Shown here: positions 1 to 11,216 of the stretch, piece after piece
Position numbering within the stretch: position 1 is the stretch's first letter
Layout of the letters: each line of letters opens with the position of its first letter
Assembly: GCA_049510975.1 (NCBI GenBank)
Contig: JBEKYM010000007.1
Coordinates: 83,410-147,409, forward strand
Source: Acidimicrobiales bacterium
GTDB taxonomy: Bacteria; Actinomycetota; Acidimicrobiia; Acidimicrobiales; Bog-793
Direction of reading: 5' to 3'
Length of the DNA: 64,000 nucleotides
The notes under the pieces: model-generated
The model's input: the letters and a program-made list of their open reading frames with translations, nothing else
The model's database searches: none
What the model was told of the DNA's origin: nothing
Translations under genes and position numbers: made by a program

Positions 1-98
1 GCGGCGATCGACCGCACCCGCTCGATGACGCGGCGGTGCCCGATGTGCACCCCGTCGTAGGCGCCAATCGTCACCACGCTGCGGCCGCCGTTGTGCAC
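1..98 (-). CDS. ribF: Riboflavin kinase/FMN adenylyltransferase RibF, N-terminal fragment (gene runs off window start)
   Basis: My own translation of minus strand 98->1 gives VHNGGRSVVTIGAYDGVHIGHRRVIERVRSIA, which is the RibF N-terminal GxxDGxHxGH motif. It sits directly downstream of truB (stop TAG 111..109). The GTG 98 start is tentative. The gene is absent from the ORF track because it is truncated. Confidence 0.7.
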   Translation of the reverse strand, partial: MHNGGRSVVTIGAYDGVHIGHRRVIERVRSIA

Positions 99-108
99 CG
101 CTGCGAGG

Positions 109-990
109 CTACCCTGCGGGCGCCAGCACGACGGCCGGACGCACCTTGTCGGTCCCACGAGGCTCCCCCACGGCCACGAGCTCGTGGTCCGGGCCGACCA
201 GCGCCCAGGGACCATCGCCGGCGACGCCGAGCACGGACCGCTCGACGGAGCGACCGTGACGGATGTCCTCGAGCTCGGCCCCGGCGATCTCGGCAGCGCT
301 CATGTCACGAACGAGCTGCAGGCACGGGAGGAGGCTCGACACCGAGACGTCGTCGAGGGCGATCGCATCGACGTCGCGGAACGAGCCGACCGCCACGCGT
401 CGCAACGTGCGCAGGTGAGCGACCCCACCGAGGCGCTCCCCGAGATCGGCCGCCAGCACACGCACGTAGGTCCCCGACGAGCACTCGACGAGCACCTGGT
501 AGACGGACTCCACACCGGTGTCGAAGACGTCGAAACGGAACACTTCGACCGGCCTCGGCGGGCGCTCCACCTCGACGCCCTCGCGTGCGAGCTCGTGCAG
601 ACGCCTGCCGCCGATCTTGACGGCCGAGACCATGGGAGGCACCTGCTCGAGCCGGCCCGTGAGCGAGAGCGCCGCCATGCGAACCTCGTCTGCGGTCACG
701 TGACTCATGTCGGCGCGCGCCGTCACCTCTCCGGAGGCATCCAGGGTGCTCGTGGCAACGCCGAGAACAACCTCGCCCACGTAGGTCTTGCGGAGCATGG
801 TGGCAAAACGCAACAGGCGGGTGGCGCGCCCGACGCCGATGACGAGGACGCCGGTGGCGTCCGGGTCGAGGGTGCCGGCGTGGCCGACGCGCTTGGTGCC
901 GAGGAGCCGGCGGATGCGGGCGACGACGTCGTGGGAGGTCCAACCGGCCGGTTTGTCGACGACGAGGCAGCCGTCGAGGGCGCCGTCCAT
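109..990 (-). CDS. truB: tRNA pseudouridine(55) synthase TruB
   Basis: Lies in ORF 109..1086. Motifs: LVVDKPAGWTSHDVV, GHAGTLDPDATGVLVIGVG (catalytic Asp) and SGTYVRVLAADLG. I placed the start at ATG 990 (MDGALDG...) because the 32 upstream codons are not TruB-like and run towards rbfA. Confidence 0.9.
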   Translation of the reverse strand: MDGALDGCLVVDKPAGWTSHDVVARIRRLLGTKRVGHAGTLDPDATGVLVIGVGRATRLLRFATMLRKTYVGEVVLGVATSTLDASGEVTARADMSHVTADEVRMAALSLTGRLEQVPPMVSAVKIGGRRLHELAREGVEVERPPRPVEVFRFDVFDTGVESVYQVLVECSSGTYVRVLAADLGERLGGVAHLRTLRRVAVGSFRDVDAIALDDVSVSSLLPCLQLVRDMSAAEIAGAELEDIRHGRSVERSVLGVAGDGPWALVGPDHELVAVGEPRGTDKVRPAVVLAPAG

Positions 991-1027
991 CACAGTCCGG
1001 TCAGTGCTGCCGTCGAGCGACGTCAAC

Positions 1028-1425
1028 TCAGCTCTCGCCACGCTCGATGCGCCGCAGCACGTCCTCCACGCGGGCGCCGGCGGCAACGCCGGGGTCGGGC
1101 AGGAATTGCAGGATCGGCGTGCGCTTCATGCGCACGGAGCGGCCGATCTCGCGTTGCAGGACGTGCCGGTGCTCTGCGAGCGCCTCGGCAGCTTCGGGGG
1201 TGAGCGAGGAGAAAAAGACGGTCGAGTGCTGGAGGTCCGTATCGGTTCGCACGCCGGTCACCGTGAGCAGCCCAAGGCGCTCGTCCTCGTCGATGAGGCG
1301 CTCGAGGGCTTCCGCGATGACCTCGACGAGCAAGGCGTTCACTCGTGCGATCCTCGGGTAGGGCGCTTGGCGGCGACCGTCGCCGGCTCCGCCGCGACCG
1401 CGCCGCCGATCCGTCGAACCGGCCA

Positions 1426-1426
<1 letters not shown>
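1028..1426 (-). CDS. rbfA: Ribosome-binding factor A
   Basis: Lies in ORF 1028..1513. The segment RIARVNALLVEVIAEALERLIDEDERLGLLTVTGVRTDTDLQHSTVFF is RbfA-like. The ATG at 1426 overlaps the infB TGA (1428..1426) by 1 nt. Confidence 0.85.
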
Positions 1427-4596
<3,170 letters not shown>

Positions 4597-4784
4597 CTGG
4601 CCCTTCGGTCCTCTCTACAGGGACGCGCGCGGCGATGTCACTGGCCACCGGCGCGGTTTCCTATCCTCGCACACCGGCGTAGGTGCCGTGAACCGGGACG
4701 CGAGATGTACTCAGGTTGTACCGGATCTGACGCCCTCGCCGGGTCGGCAAGGCTGGTGACCGGCACCTTTGCGAGGCGTCGGTC

Positions 4785-5036
4785 TCAGCCCTTGCTCCCG
4801 CCGGCGGACAGCTGCACAGCCAGCTGATCGACGAGGCTGGCGTCGATCGGCGTCCGCAGCGCTCGGGAAAAGGCCCGCGTGCGCCCCGCCTCGGCGAGGC
4901 AGGGGGCCCAAGCCCGGTGCAGCCAGGCTCCCCGACCCGGCGCCGTGCGGCTCACGACCAGGGCGCCCTCGAGGAGGACGACCCGGTAGAGCTCGTCTTG
5001 GGCTGCCTGCCGGCGGCAGCCGACGCACGTGCGCAC
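4785..5036 (-). CDS. YlxR/DUF448-family protein (RNA-binding, nusA-infB operon)
   Basis: The 3' part of ORF 4785..6242 reads VRTCVGCRRQAAQDELYRVVL...GRGAWLH, the RxCxxCR and GRGAY signature of DUF448. It sits between nusA and infB. The start is uncertain: GTG 5036 is the only canonical start codon nearby. Confidence 0.6.
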   Translation of the reverse strand: MRTCVGCRRQAAQDELYRVVLLEGALVVSRTAPGRGAWLHRAWAPCLAEAGRTRAFSRALRTPIDASLVDQLAVQLSAGGSKG

Positions 5037-5125
5037 CGGCCCGAGGCCCGTGCGCTCCGCGTTGCGGCTCGCCGGGACCAGTCGGGCGTGGTTGGGGGCT
5101 GTCCTGGCGCTCGTGCGGGCCGTGC

Positions 5126-6466
5126 TCAGGCCTCGGTCGTGGGGTCGTCCTCGCCGAGGGGGTAGTCCGTCTCGTCGCCGGCGGACTTCGCCAGCTCGCC
5201 GCCGACTTTCTCGAGCTCCTGGTCCTCCTCGGCCATCTCGACGATGGCTTCGGCCTCGGCGACCGCGGCCGGCTCGCCGTCGCCGGCGGGGTCGGCGTCC
5301 GCACCCGGCTCGGCTTCGGCCAGCTCGGCCTTGGCCTCGGCGGCGGCCTCGGTCTCGGGCTCCCCGGCCGCCCACTGCTCGGCGGAGACGGACTCGCCGC
5401 CTTCGGCCGGACGCCAGACCATCTCGCCCGACTCGTCCTCGACCCACTCGCCCTCGGCCCAGTCCGCCTGTTCGTAGGCGGCCTGCTCGGCGGCCAGCTC
5501 GGACTCGCTGCGGATGTCGATGTGCCAGCCCGTCAGGCGGGCGGCGAGGCGGGCGTTCTGGCCCTCCTTGCCGATGGCGAGCGACAGCTGGTAGTCGTGC
5601 ACGATCACGGTGGCCCGGCCGCGCTCCTCGTCGAGGAGGACCTCTTTCACCTTGGCGGGCTGCAGGGCGCGGGCGACGAATTCGGCCGGGTCGTCGGAGA
5701 ACGGCACGATGTCGACCTTCTCGCCTCGCAGCTCGGTCGTGACCATGCGGACGCGCGCTCCGCGGGCGCCCACGCAGGCGCCGACGGGGTCGACGTTGGC
5801 GTCGTTCGACCAGACGGCGATCTTCGTGCGGTGCCCGGGTTCGCGGGCACACGCCTTGATCTCGACGATGCCGTTGGAGATCTCGGGCACCTCGAGCTCG
5901 AAGAGGCGCTTGATGAGGCCGGGGTGGCTGCGGGAGACGACGATCTGCGGGCCTTTGGTCGTCTTGCGCACCTCGACGATGTAGGCCTTCAAGCGGGCGC
6001 CGTGGTCGTAGCGCTCGTAGGGAACCTGCTCGGCCTGCGGCAGCAGCGCCTCCACTTTGCCGAGATCGAGGAGCGTGAAACGGCTGTCGGTCTGCTGGAT
6101 GATCCCGGTGACGATGTCGCCCTCGCGGCCGGCGTACTCCTCGTACTTCTTGTCCCGCTCGGCCTCTCGCACGCGCTGCATGAGCACCTGCTTGGCGGCT
6201 TGAGCGGCAATGCGGCCGAAGTCGGCCGGGGTGTCGTCCCATTCGCGGATGACGTTGCCGTCGTCGTCGAGCTCCTGGCCATAGACGCGGATCTCACCGA
6301 CGTCCGGGTCGATCGTGACGACCGCCTCCTCGGCAGCGCTCGGCAGCCGCTTGTACGCCGCCACCAGGGCATTCGCGAGGGCGTCGAACAGCGTCTCGAC
6401 CGTGATGCCCTTGTCCCTCGCCATCTGCTGCAGGGCCTCGAGAAGGTCGAAATTCGTCGCACTCAT
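5126..6466 (-). CDS. nusA: Transcription termination/antitermination factor NusA
   Basis: 446 aa. It has the N-terminal domain (FDLLEALQQMARDKGI), an S1 region (GDIVTGIIQ), KH regions (DPVGACVGARGARV, LAIGKEGQNARLAARLTGW) and an acidic C-terminal tail. Confidence 0.95.
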   Translation of the reverse strand: MSATNFDLLEALQQMARDKGITVETLFDALANALVAAYKRLPSAAEEAVVTIDPDVGEIRVYGQELDDDGNVIREWDDTPADFGRIAAQAAKQVLMQRVREAERDKKYEEYAGREGDIVTGIIQQTDSRFTLLDLGKVEALLPQAEQVPYERYDHGARLKAYIVEVRKTTKGPQIVVSRSHPGLIKRLFELEVPEISNGIVEIKACAREPGHRTKIAVWSNDANVDPVGACVGARGARVRMVTTELRGEKVDIVPFSDDPAEFVARALQPAKVKEVLLDEERGRATVIVHDYQLSLAIGKEGQNARLAARLTGWHIDIRSESELAAEQAAYEQADWAEGEWVEDESGEMVWRPAEGGESVSAEQWAAGEPETEAAAEAKAELAEAEPGADADPAGDGEPAAVAEAEAIVEMAEEDQELEKVGGELAKSAGDETDYPLGEDDPTTEA

Positions 6467-7158
6467 GGGGTCTCCGTCACGTGTCGGTCGGCGTCGGTCT
6501 TCGTTTGCTTGCGGTGGGCTTGCCCGCTCGTGGCGCCGCTCGAGGGCGGCGGCGAGCTCGCCGGTGGGAAAGAAGAGGTAGGGACGGTGGCGAGCGCCGC
6601 TGTCTTGCGCGCCTCAGCTGCCGCCCGGCTGCGGTCGGCGGCCGACGGCTTCGAGTCGCGACGCTTCGGGCGCTCCGGCGACGGGGCGCTCGCCAGCGCT
6701 GCCCGCCAGTCGAACACGGTGTGGGCGCGCTCGACGTCGACGTAGGGCAGGCGCCGCTCACCGCCGCTACCAGGCAGTTCGAGGACGATGCCGGAGTCGT
6801 CGGCACCCGCCAGACGGCCTTCCACCCGCCGCTCGCCGTCGGTGGCGACGCCAGCACGCAGGCGTACCGCGATCTCGGTGCCGACAAAACGGGTGAAGTG
6901 CTCCGGCTTGCGAAGCCGCCGCTCCACTCCGGGGCTCGTGACTTCGAGCTCGTAGCGCCCGCCAGGGACGGGATCGGCCTCGTCGAGGGCGTGCGACACC
7001 GCCGCCGTCGCTTCGGTGAGCGCCCCGAGGTCGAGGCCGGAGCTGCGGTCGATGGTGACCTTGACGTGCCCAGGGTGCGACTCCACGTCGACGAGCTCGA
7101 TCCCGAGGTCACTGAGCACGGGCGCGACAACAGCTTCGACTGCGTCTGCTGTATTCAT
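6463..7158 (-). CDS. rimP: Ribosome maturation factor RimP
   Basis: Lies in ORF 6463..7251. The start is ATG 7158, preceded by AAAGGAG. The protein reads VEAVVAPVLSDLGIELVDVE...RYELEVTSPGVERRLRKPEHF. An ATGA overlap joins it to the nusA start. It carries a basic/Ser-rich C-terminal tail. Confidence 0.85.
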   Translation of the reverse strand: MNTADAVEAVVAPVLSDLGIELVDVESHPGHVKVTIDRSSGLDLGALTEATAAVSHALDEADPVPGGRYELEVTSPGVERRLRKPEHFTRFVGTEIAVRLRAGVATDGERRVEGRLAGADDSGIVLELPGSGGERRLPYVDVERAHTVFDWRAALASAPSPERPKRRDSKPSAADRSRAAAEARKTAALATVPTSSFPPASSPPPSSGATSGQAHRKQTKTDADRHVTETP

Positions 7159-7200
7159 CTGCCCTGCTCCTTTCTTCTGCCCTCGACCGAAGTGAACCCT

Positions 7201-7231
7201 GACAAAACAAAAACGTGGGCAACCGCCCACG
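7201..7231 (-). terminator. Intrinsic terminator-like hairpin plus T-tract, 43 nt upstream of rimP
   Basis: The minus strand reads CGTGGGC-GGTT-GCCCACG followed by TTTTTGTTTTGTC: a 7-bp GC stem, a 4-nt loop and a U-tract. Confidence 0.65.
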
Positions 7232-7284
7232 TCCCACAACTGCAATCCCACCAGAACGGCTCGGGATATGTTAGTGCTGCAAGC

Positions 7285-7323
7285 GCCTTCCCGTTACCTC
7301 GGATTTGCCTTCCCGTTACCTCG
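7285..7323. repeat. Perfect 17-bp direct repeat x2 (GCCTTCCCGTTACCTCG, period 22 bp)
   Basis: The copies lie at 7285-7301 and 7307-7323, between the sigma-factor stop (7351) and the terminator hairpin. Confidence 0.9.
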
Positions 7324-7350
7324 CAGGGCGGCAAAGGCCCAGGCCGGGCC

Positions 7351-7770
7351 TCAGAGCTGGGAGTCGCCGAGCTGGGCCCGGAGTGACGAACGGGCAAGCT
7401 CGAGCTGCTTTCGGACCGTTCCCTCGGCGATGCCGAGCGCCCGGGCGGCCTCTTTGGTCGTCAGACCCGACATCAGGCACAGGACGGCGCAGCTGCGCCG
7501 GCGCGGCGGCATCGAGGCGAGCACTGACTCGACGGCCGACCTGGTCACGACCTGTCCAGCCAGGTCCTCGGCGCTCGCGGGCTCGTTGTCGAGCGGGTCC
7601 TCCCGCCGCAGCGTCTTCCTCGCGAGGCGAAACCCGACCCGATAGGCGTATCCCGGCGGGTTCGTCCCCAACCGGACCCGCCGCCAGTGCCCGAGCGTGC
7701 GGGCGAAGGCCTCCTGGGCAGCGTCTTCGGCCGAGGCCCGGTCGAGGCCCCCGATCTCGAGGGCGCGCAC
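7351..7770 (-). CDS. ECF-type RNA polymerase sigma-70 family factor (minimal ORF; the true start is probably upstream, up to 7911)
   Basis: Region 2 reads RASAEDAAQEAFARTLGHWRRV. Region 4 HTH reads RRRSCAVLCLMSGLTTKEAARALGIAEGTVRKQLELAR. The in-frame upstream sequence DFIEVYEAHYGRLV looks like region 2.1 but precedes the first ATG/GTG/TTG. Confidence 0.8.
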   Translation of the reverse strand: MRALEIGGLDRASAEDAAQEAFARTLGHWRRVRLGTNPPGYAYRVGFRLARKTLRREDPLDNEPASAEDLAGQVVTRSAVESVLASMPPRRRSCAVLCLMSGLTTKEAARALGIAEGTVRKQLELARSSLRAQLGDSQL

Positions 7771-7907
7771 GAGCCTGCCGTAGTGGGCCTCGTAGACCTC
7801 GATGAAGTCGCTTGCCGCGCCGGCGGCGGGGTCGGCTGGTATCGCGACAGTCTGGCTCAGGGCGGGTCCGATCTCCGGCTCGGCGAGCTGCAGGGGAATC
7901 GGGGCTC

Positions 7908-9365
7908 TCAGGACGTGGAGCGAGCAGGTGTCGGCGGCAGGATCACTCGGTCGGAGGCGTTCGTGCCGACCGTCGTCGCCGACCCGCCCGTGCTGCGGTT
8001 TGGCGCCCCAGAGGAGACCGAGCTGGCACCGCTCGAACCCGCGGAGCCGTTCGAGGCGCCGGAGCCGGTAGAGCCCACAGGCCCGGTCAGGGGCGGGGAG
8101 CCACCCGTCGTGCCCGTAGAGGATGTGCCGGTGGCCGTGACCGGCTCCACGAGGTAGCGGCAGGTCGCAACGGGGGCGGTGGCGAGCGAGCCGGCAGACG
8201 GGAGGGCCGCTCGCTGCAAGGTGGCACCTGAGGCGGACTTGGCCACGAGGGTGACCGCCCCCGCCTTGGCGAGGTCGACCGGCTTGGCGACCACGTCGGC
8301 CAGCACCGACCAGCCGAGCTTCGGCGCCATCGTCTCGGCTCCGCCGGTGGGGAACGTCGCCGAGACCGATGACACCGCTGAGCTCGTCCGGGAGATGGCG
8401 AGGATGATGGAGCGTCCCCCGCTCAAGGTCGTCGCCGCCGAGGCCACGACCGAGAAGGGCCGGCTGCCGGGACCGCCGGCGGGGACGAACAGCGTCTCGA
8501 GCGTCGATCCCTGCGAGATCGTCACCTCGAGCTCGGCCTCAGCAGGGCATGCTGCCAGGACGGGGATGGGTTTCACGCTCACGAACGGCGGCGAGGTCGC
8601 CGTCCCCGGCCGGGTCGAGCCGGTGGAGCTGCCAGAGCCGGTCGAACCTGGGGAACTACCGGAGCCGGAGCCGGCCGAACTTCGCGTGCCCGTGGTCGGG
8701 TAGGTGGTGCTCGGAGCCGGCGCCGGCGTCGGTGTGGCCACCGGGTAGGGCGAGGTCGTCGGGGGCGGAGCAACACGGGTCGTGAGGGGGAAGGCGAACG
8801 AGATGAGCGACGCCCGCAGCGTGATGCCGTCAAGGTGACTCGTGAACAGGAGCTTGGCGGTGTTCGGAAGGTAGACGGCGTCACATCCCGTCTTGCAGCC
8901 GTTCGGCGATTCCACGCCGACGCCGCCGCCGGTATCGGTGCTGGCGGCAGCGGGGATGGCGGCGGTGACCGAGTCGGCGGCGCCGGCGCCGGAGGGCGGG
9001 AGCGGGTTGTCCGACGACACAAAGCCGAATTCACCGGGCTCCGGGCCCCCGCTCGACGCCGTGGCCGGCTCGGCACCGGAGGCGGTGGGGGCTTCGGCGG
9101 CGCTGCCGGTGGCGACGCGGCCGAGGCTCGTGTCCCACTTCAGGCCGGCGGGCGCGGCCGCCGCCGTCGTGGTCGTGGCCTGGTTGAGGCCGACGCCGAT
9201 GCCGGCGCCGGCGAGGGCGACGACGATGGCGGAAGTGGCCACGACCCGGTAGCGGCGCATCTGCTGGCGCCGGCGCCGGACCAGGACCTGGCGGAGTACG
9301 TCTGGGGTGGCGGCTGGGGCGTCGCCGCCGTCGAGCACGTGGGAAAAGTCAAAGTCATCCATCAC
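7908..9365 (-). CDS. Single-pass membrane protein with Ser/Thr/Pro/Gly-rich ectodomain; possible anti-sigma factor
   Basis: 485 aa. A short N-terminal cytoplasmic segment ends in RRRRQQMRRYR, followed by a TM helix (VVATSAIVVALAGAGIGVGL) and a long low-complexity extracytoplasmic region. The gene is adjacent to the ECF sigma. I recognised no catalytic motif. Confidence 0.5.
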   Translation of the reverse strand: MMDDFDFSHVLDGGDAPAATPDVLRQVLVRRRRQQMRRYRVVATSAIVVALAGAGIGVGLNQATTTTAAAAPAGLKWDTSLGRVATGSAAEAPTASGAEPATASSGGPEPGEFGFVSSDNPLPPSGAGAADSVTAAIPAAASTDTGGGVGVESPNGCKTGCDAVYLPNTAKLLFTSHLDGITLRASLISFAFPLTTRVAPPPTTSPYPVATPTPAPAPSTTYPTTGTRSSAGSGSGSSPGSTGSGSSTGSTRPGTATSPPFVSVKPIPVLAACPAEAELEVTISQGSTLETLFVPAGGPGSRPFSVVASAATTLSGGRSIILAISRTSSAVSSVSATFPTGGAETMAPKLGWSVLADVVAKPVDLAKAGAVTLVAKSASGATLQRAALPSAGSLATAPVATCRYLVEPVTATGTSSTGTTGGSPPLTGPVGSTGSGASNGSAGSSGASSVSSGAPNRSTGGSATTVGTNASDRVILPPTPARSTS

Positions 9366-9576
9366 CTCCTACAAAGCCGCCGCCGGCACGGTTCGCGTAC
9401 GCCGTTCTCATGACTGAGGGACTTTCCTGCTGCTCGCCGGTGCCGAGTGCTGCCTTGCCGACCATGAACCGGTCGCTGACGCCTCAGCCTCGTGCGCCGG
9501 GTTGTGAATTCGGCGGTGGATAACTCCATGTGAGAGCGGTAGGTACATCGGTAAGTGCGAGATCGAGGCTGCCCTC

Positions 9577-10365
9577 ATGCCCCTCGCACCCCTGCGCAGT
9601 CGGCCGGACGAGCACACCGAGCCCGGATTCGACCTCGGGCCGGTGCGCCGTGGCCGATCTCGCCGGCCGCGCCGGACCTCGAACCCGGAAAGCCGGCGTC
9701 CCCTCATGAGCGCGCTGGGTGTTCTCGTGGTTCTCGTTTGCGCCCTGCTCGGTGCTGAGGTCGCGGCCCACGCCAACCATCGATCGCGCGATCTCGCCGT
9801 CGCGACCTACGTGCCGCAGGGCGCTGCCATCACTGCCGCTGATCTCACGATCGTCAGCCTGACGGCAGGAAGCGGTGTCTCGGCAGTTCCCTCCAGCGAG
9901 AGCGAGTCCGTGCTCGGGCGCCGCGCCTCGGAACCGCTCGAGCCGGGCAGTCTCCTCGTTCCGGACGACTTGACGGCGGCCGCACCACTGCCCGCCGGCG
10001 ACGCCCTCGTCGGCACGAGCCTGGCGAACGACCAGGCGCCGGCGGGGTTGACACCCGGGGACTCCGTGCTCATCGTGCTGGGCGGGCAGGGCGCCGGCCT
10101 TCCCGGCTCGGCGAGCGGCGACGGTGAAGTCGCCTCGACACCGAGCTCGTCGACCACCGGTACCACGCCCGCGGCGGTATCGGGAACCCTTGCCGTCGGC
10201 ACCGTCTATGCGATCTCGCTGCCGACCTCTGGAAGTGCGGCAAGCTCGTCCGACAGCGAGATCGTGACGCTGGAGGTGCCGAGATCGGCAGCGGCGCTCG
10301 TCACCGCCGCCAGCGCAGTGAGCGACATCAGCCTGGCGCAGATCTCCGAAGGGCCCTCGTCGTGA
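9577..10365 (+). CDS. CpaB/RcpC-like Flp pilus assembly protein (SAF-domain type)
   Basis: It has a basic N-terminus, a TM helix (ALGVLVVLVCALLGAEV), then a YVPQGAAITAADLTIVSL... SAF-like segment and a Ser/Thr-rich linker. It is the first gene of the tad cluster and joins the next gene by a GTGA overlap. The start is uncertain. Confidence 0.65.
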   Translation: MPLAPLRSRPDEHTEPGFDLGPVRRGRSRRPRRTSNPESRRPLMSALGVLVVLVCALLGAEVAAHANHRSRDLAVATYVPQGAAITAADLTIVSLTAGSGVSAVPSSESESVLGRRASEPLEPGSLLVPDDLTAAAPLPAGDALVGTSLANDQAPAGLTPGDSVLIVLGGQGAGLPGSASGDGEVASTPSSSTTGTTPAAVSGTLAVGTVYAISLPTSGSAASSSDSEIVTLEVPRSAAALVTAASAVSDISLAQISEGPSS

Positions 10366-11216
10366 CGTTCGTCACGGTCTCGACGGTGAAGGGCGCTCCG
10401 GGCGCGACGACGGTGGCGCTGTTGCTCGCTCAGCAGTTCGCTGGTCTGCTGCCGAACGCTCGCACGTGCATCCTCGCCGACTGTGACGTCGCCGGCGGAG
10501 ACCTTGGCCCGCTGCTCGGCTTGCCCGGCGTCCCCGGACTGGCCTCGCTCGCCCTCGCCGCTCGGCACGGGTTGACGCTCGAGCTGCTGATCGCCCATAC
10601 GCAGCCTTCGCCTCACAGCCCGGGACTGCGGGCGCTGCTCGGGGTCGCCGGCCCCGAACAAGGCGGCGCGCTGAACTGGATCTGGAAGCAGTTGGGGGAC
10701 ACGCTTGCCGACCCGGCCGTCCTCGCCGTCGCTGACCTCGGTCGAGTCGGCGCCGACGACCGCCACAGCGAGCTTGGTGGGCGAGCCGTCACCAACCTGC
10801 TCGTCACGTGCGACGGCGTCGCCGCCCTGCTGCACGCGAAGGCGGCATGCGAATCGGCCGAGCGCTCCGGGCGGCCGCTCTCGATCGTGGTCGCCGGGCG
10901 TAGGCGGTGGCCGCTGTCCCATATCGCCGAGGCCACGTCTGCAGAGGTTCTCGGCGCCGTCCGCTTCGACCCCTCGGACCTCTCGTCGGTCCTTTCAACC
11001 GGTCGACGAGGACACCTCCGGATCGGCCGGCGCTCGGACCGTCGCGGGGCACTCCGCTGCGACGTCGAGGCCCTCGCCCGTAAGGTTGCCGATCGCATCG
11101 GCAGCGCCGAGCTGGCGGCGCCCGCAGTGCCAGACCCCTCATCGCTGCAACTCTGGGCCGGCGGCCGAGTGACCGCCAGGCGCATCGGGCGGCGTCAGGC
11201 GGGATCGCTCGCATGA
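10362..11216 (+). CDS. TadZ/CpaE-like ParA/MinD-fold protein with degenerate Walker A
   Basis: FVTVSTVKGAPGATTVALLLA aligns with the deviant Walker A motif KGGxGK[ST]T but lacks the GK lysine. The position between the cpaB-like gene and tadA is typical of tadZ/cpaE. Confidence 0.6.
   Translation: MTFVTVSTVKGAPGATTVALLLAQQFAGLLPNARTCILADCDVAGGDLGPLLGLPGVPGLASLALAARHGLTLELLIAHTQPSPHSPGLRALLGVAGPEQGGALNWIWKQLGDTLADPAVLAVADLGRVGADDRHSELGGRAVTNLLVTCDGVAALLHAKAACESAERSGRPLSIVVAGRRRWPLSHIAEATSAEVLGAVRFDPSDLSSVLSTGRRGHLRIGRRSDRRGALRCDVEALARKVADRIGSAELAAPAVPDPSSLQLWAGGRVTARRIGRRQAGSLA

Noticed and set aside
9366-9576. ECF-type promoter (GGAAC-N16/17-CGT) in the sigma/tad divergent region.
   Set aside because: Several weak GAAC...CGT combinations exist, but none has convincing spacing. 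They cannot be supported by eye.
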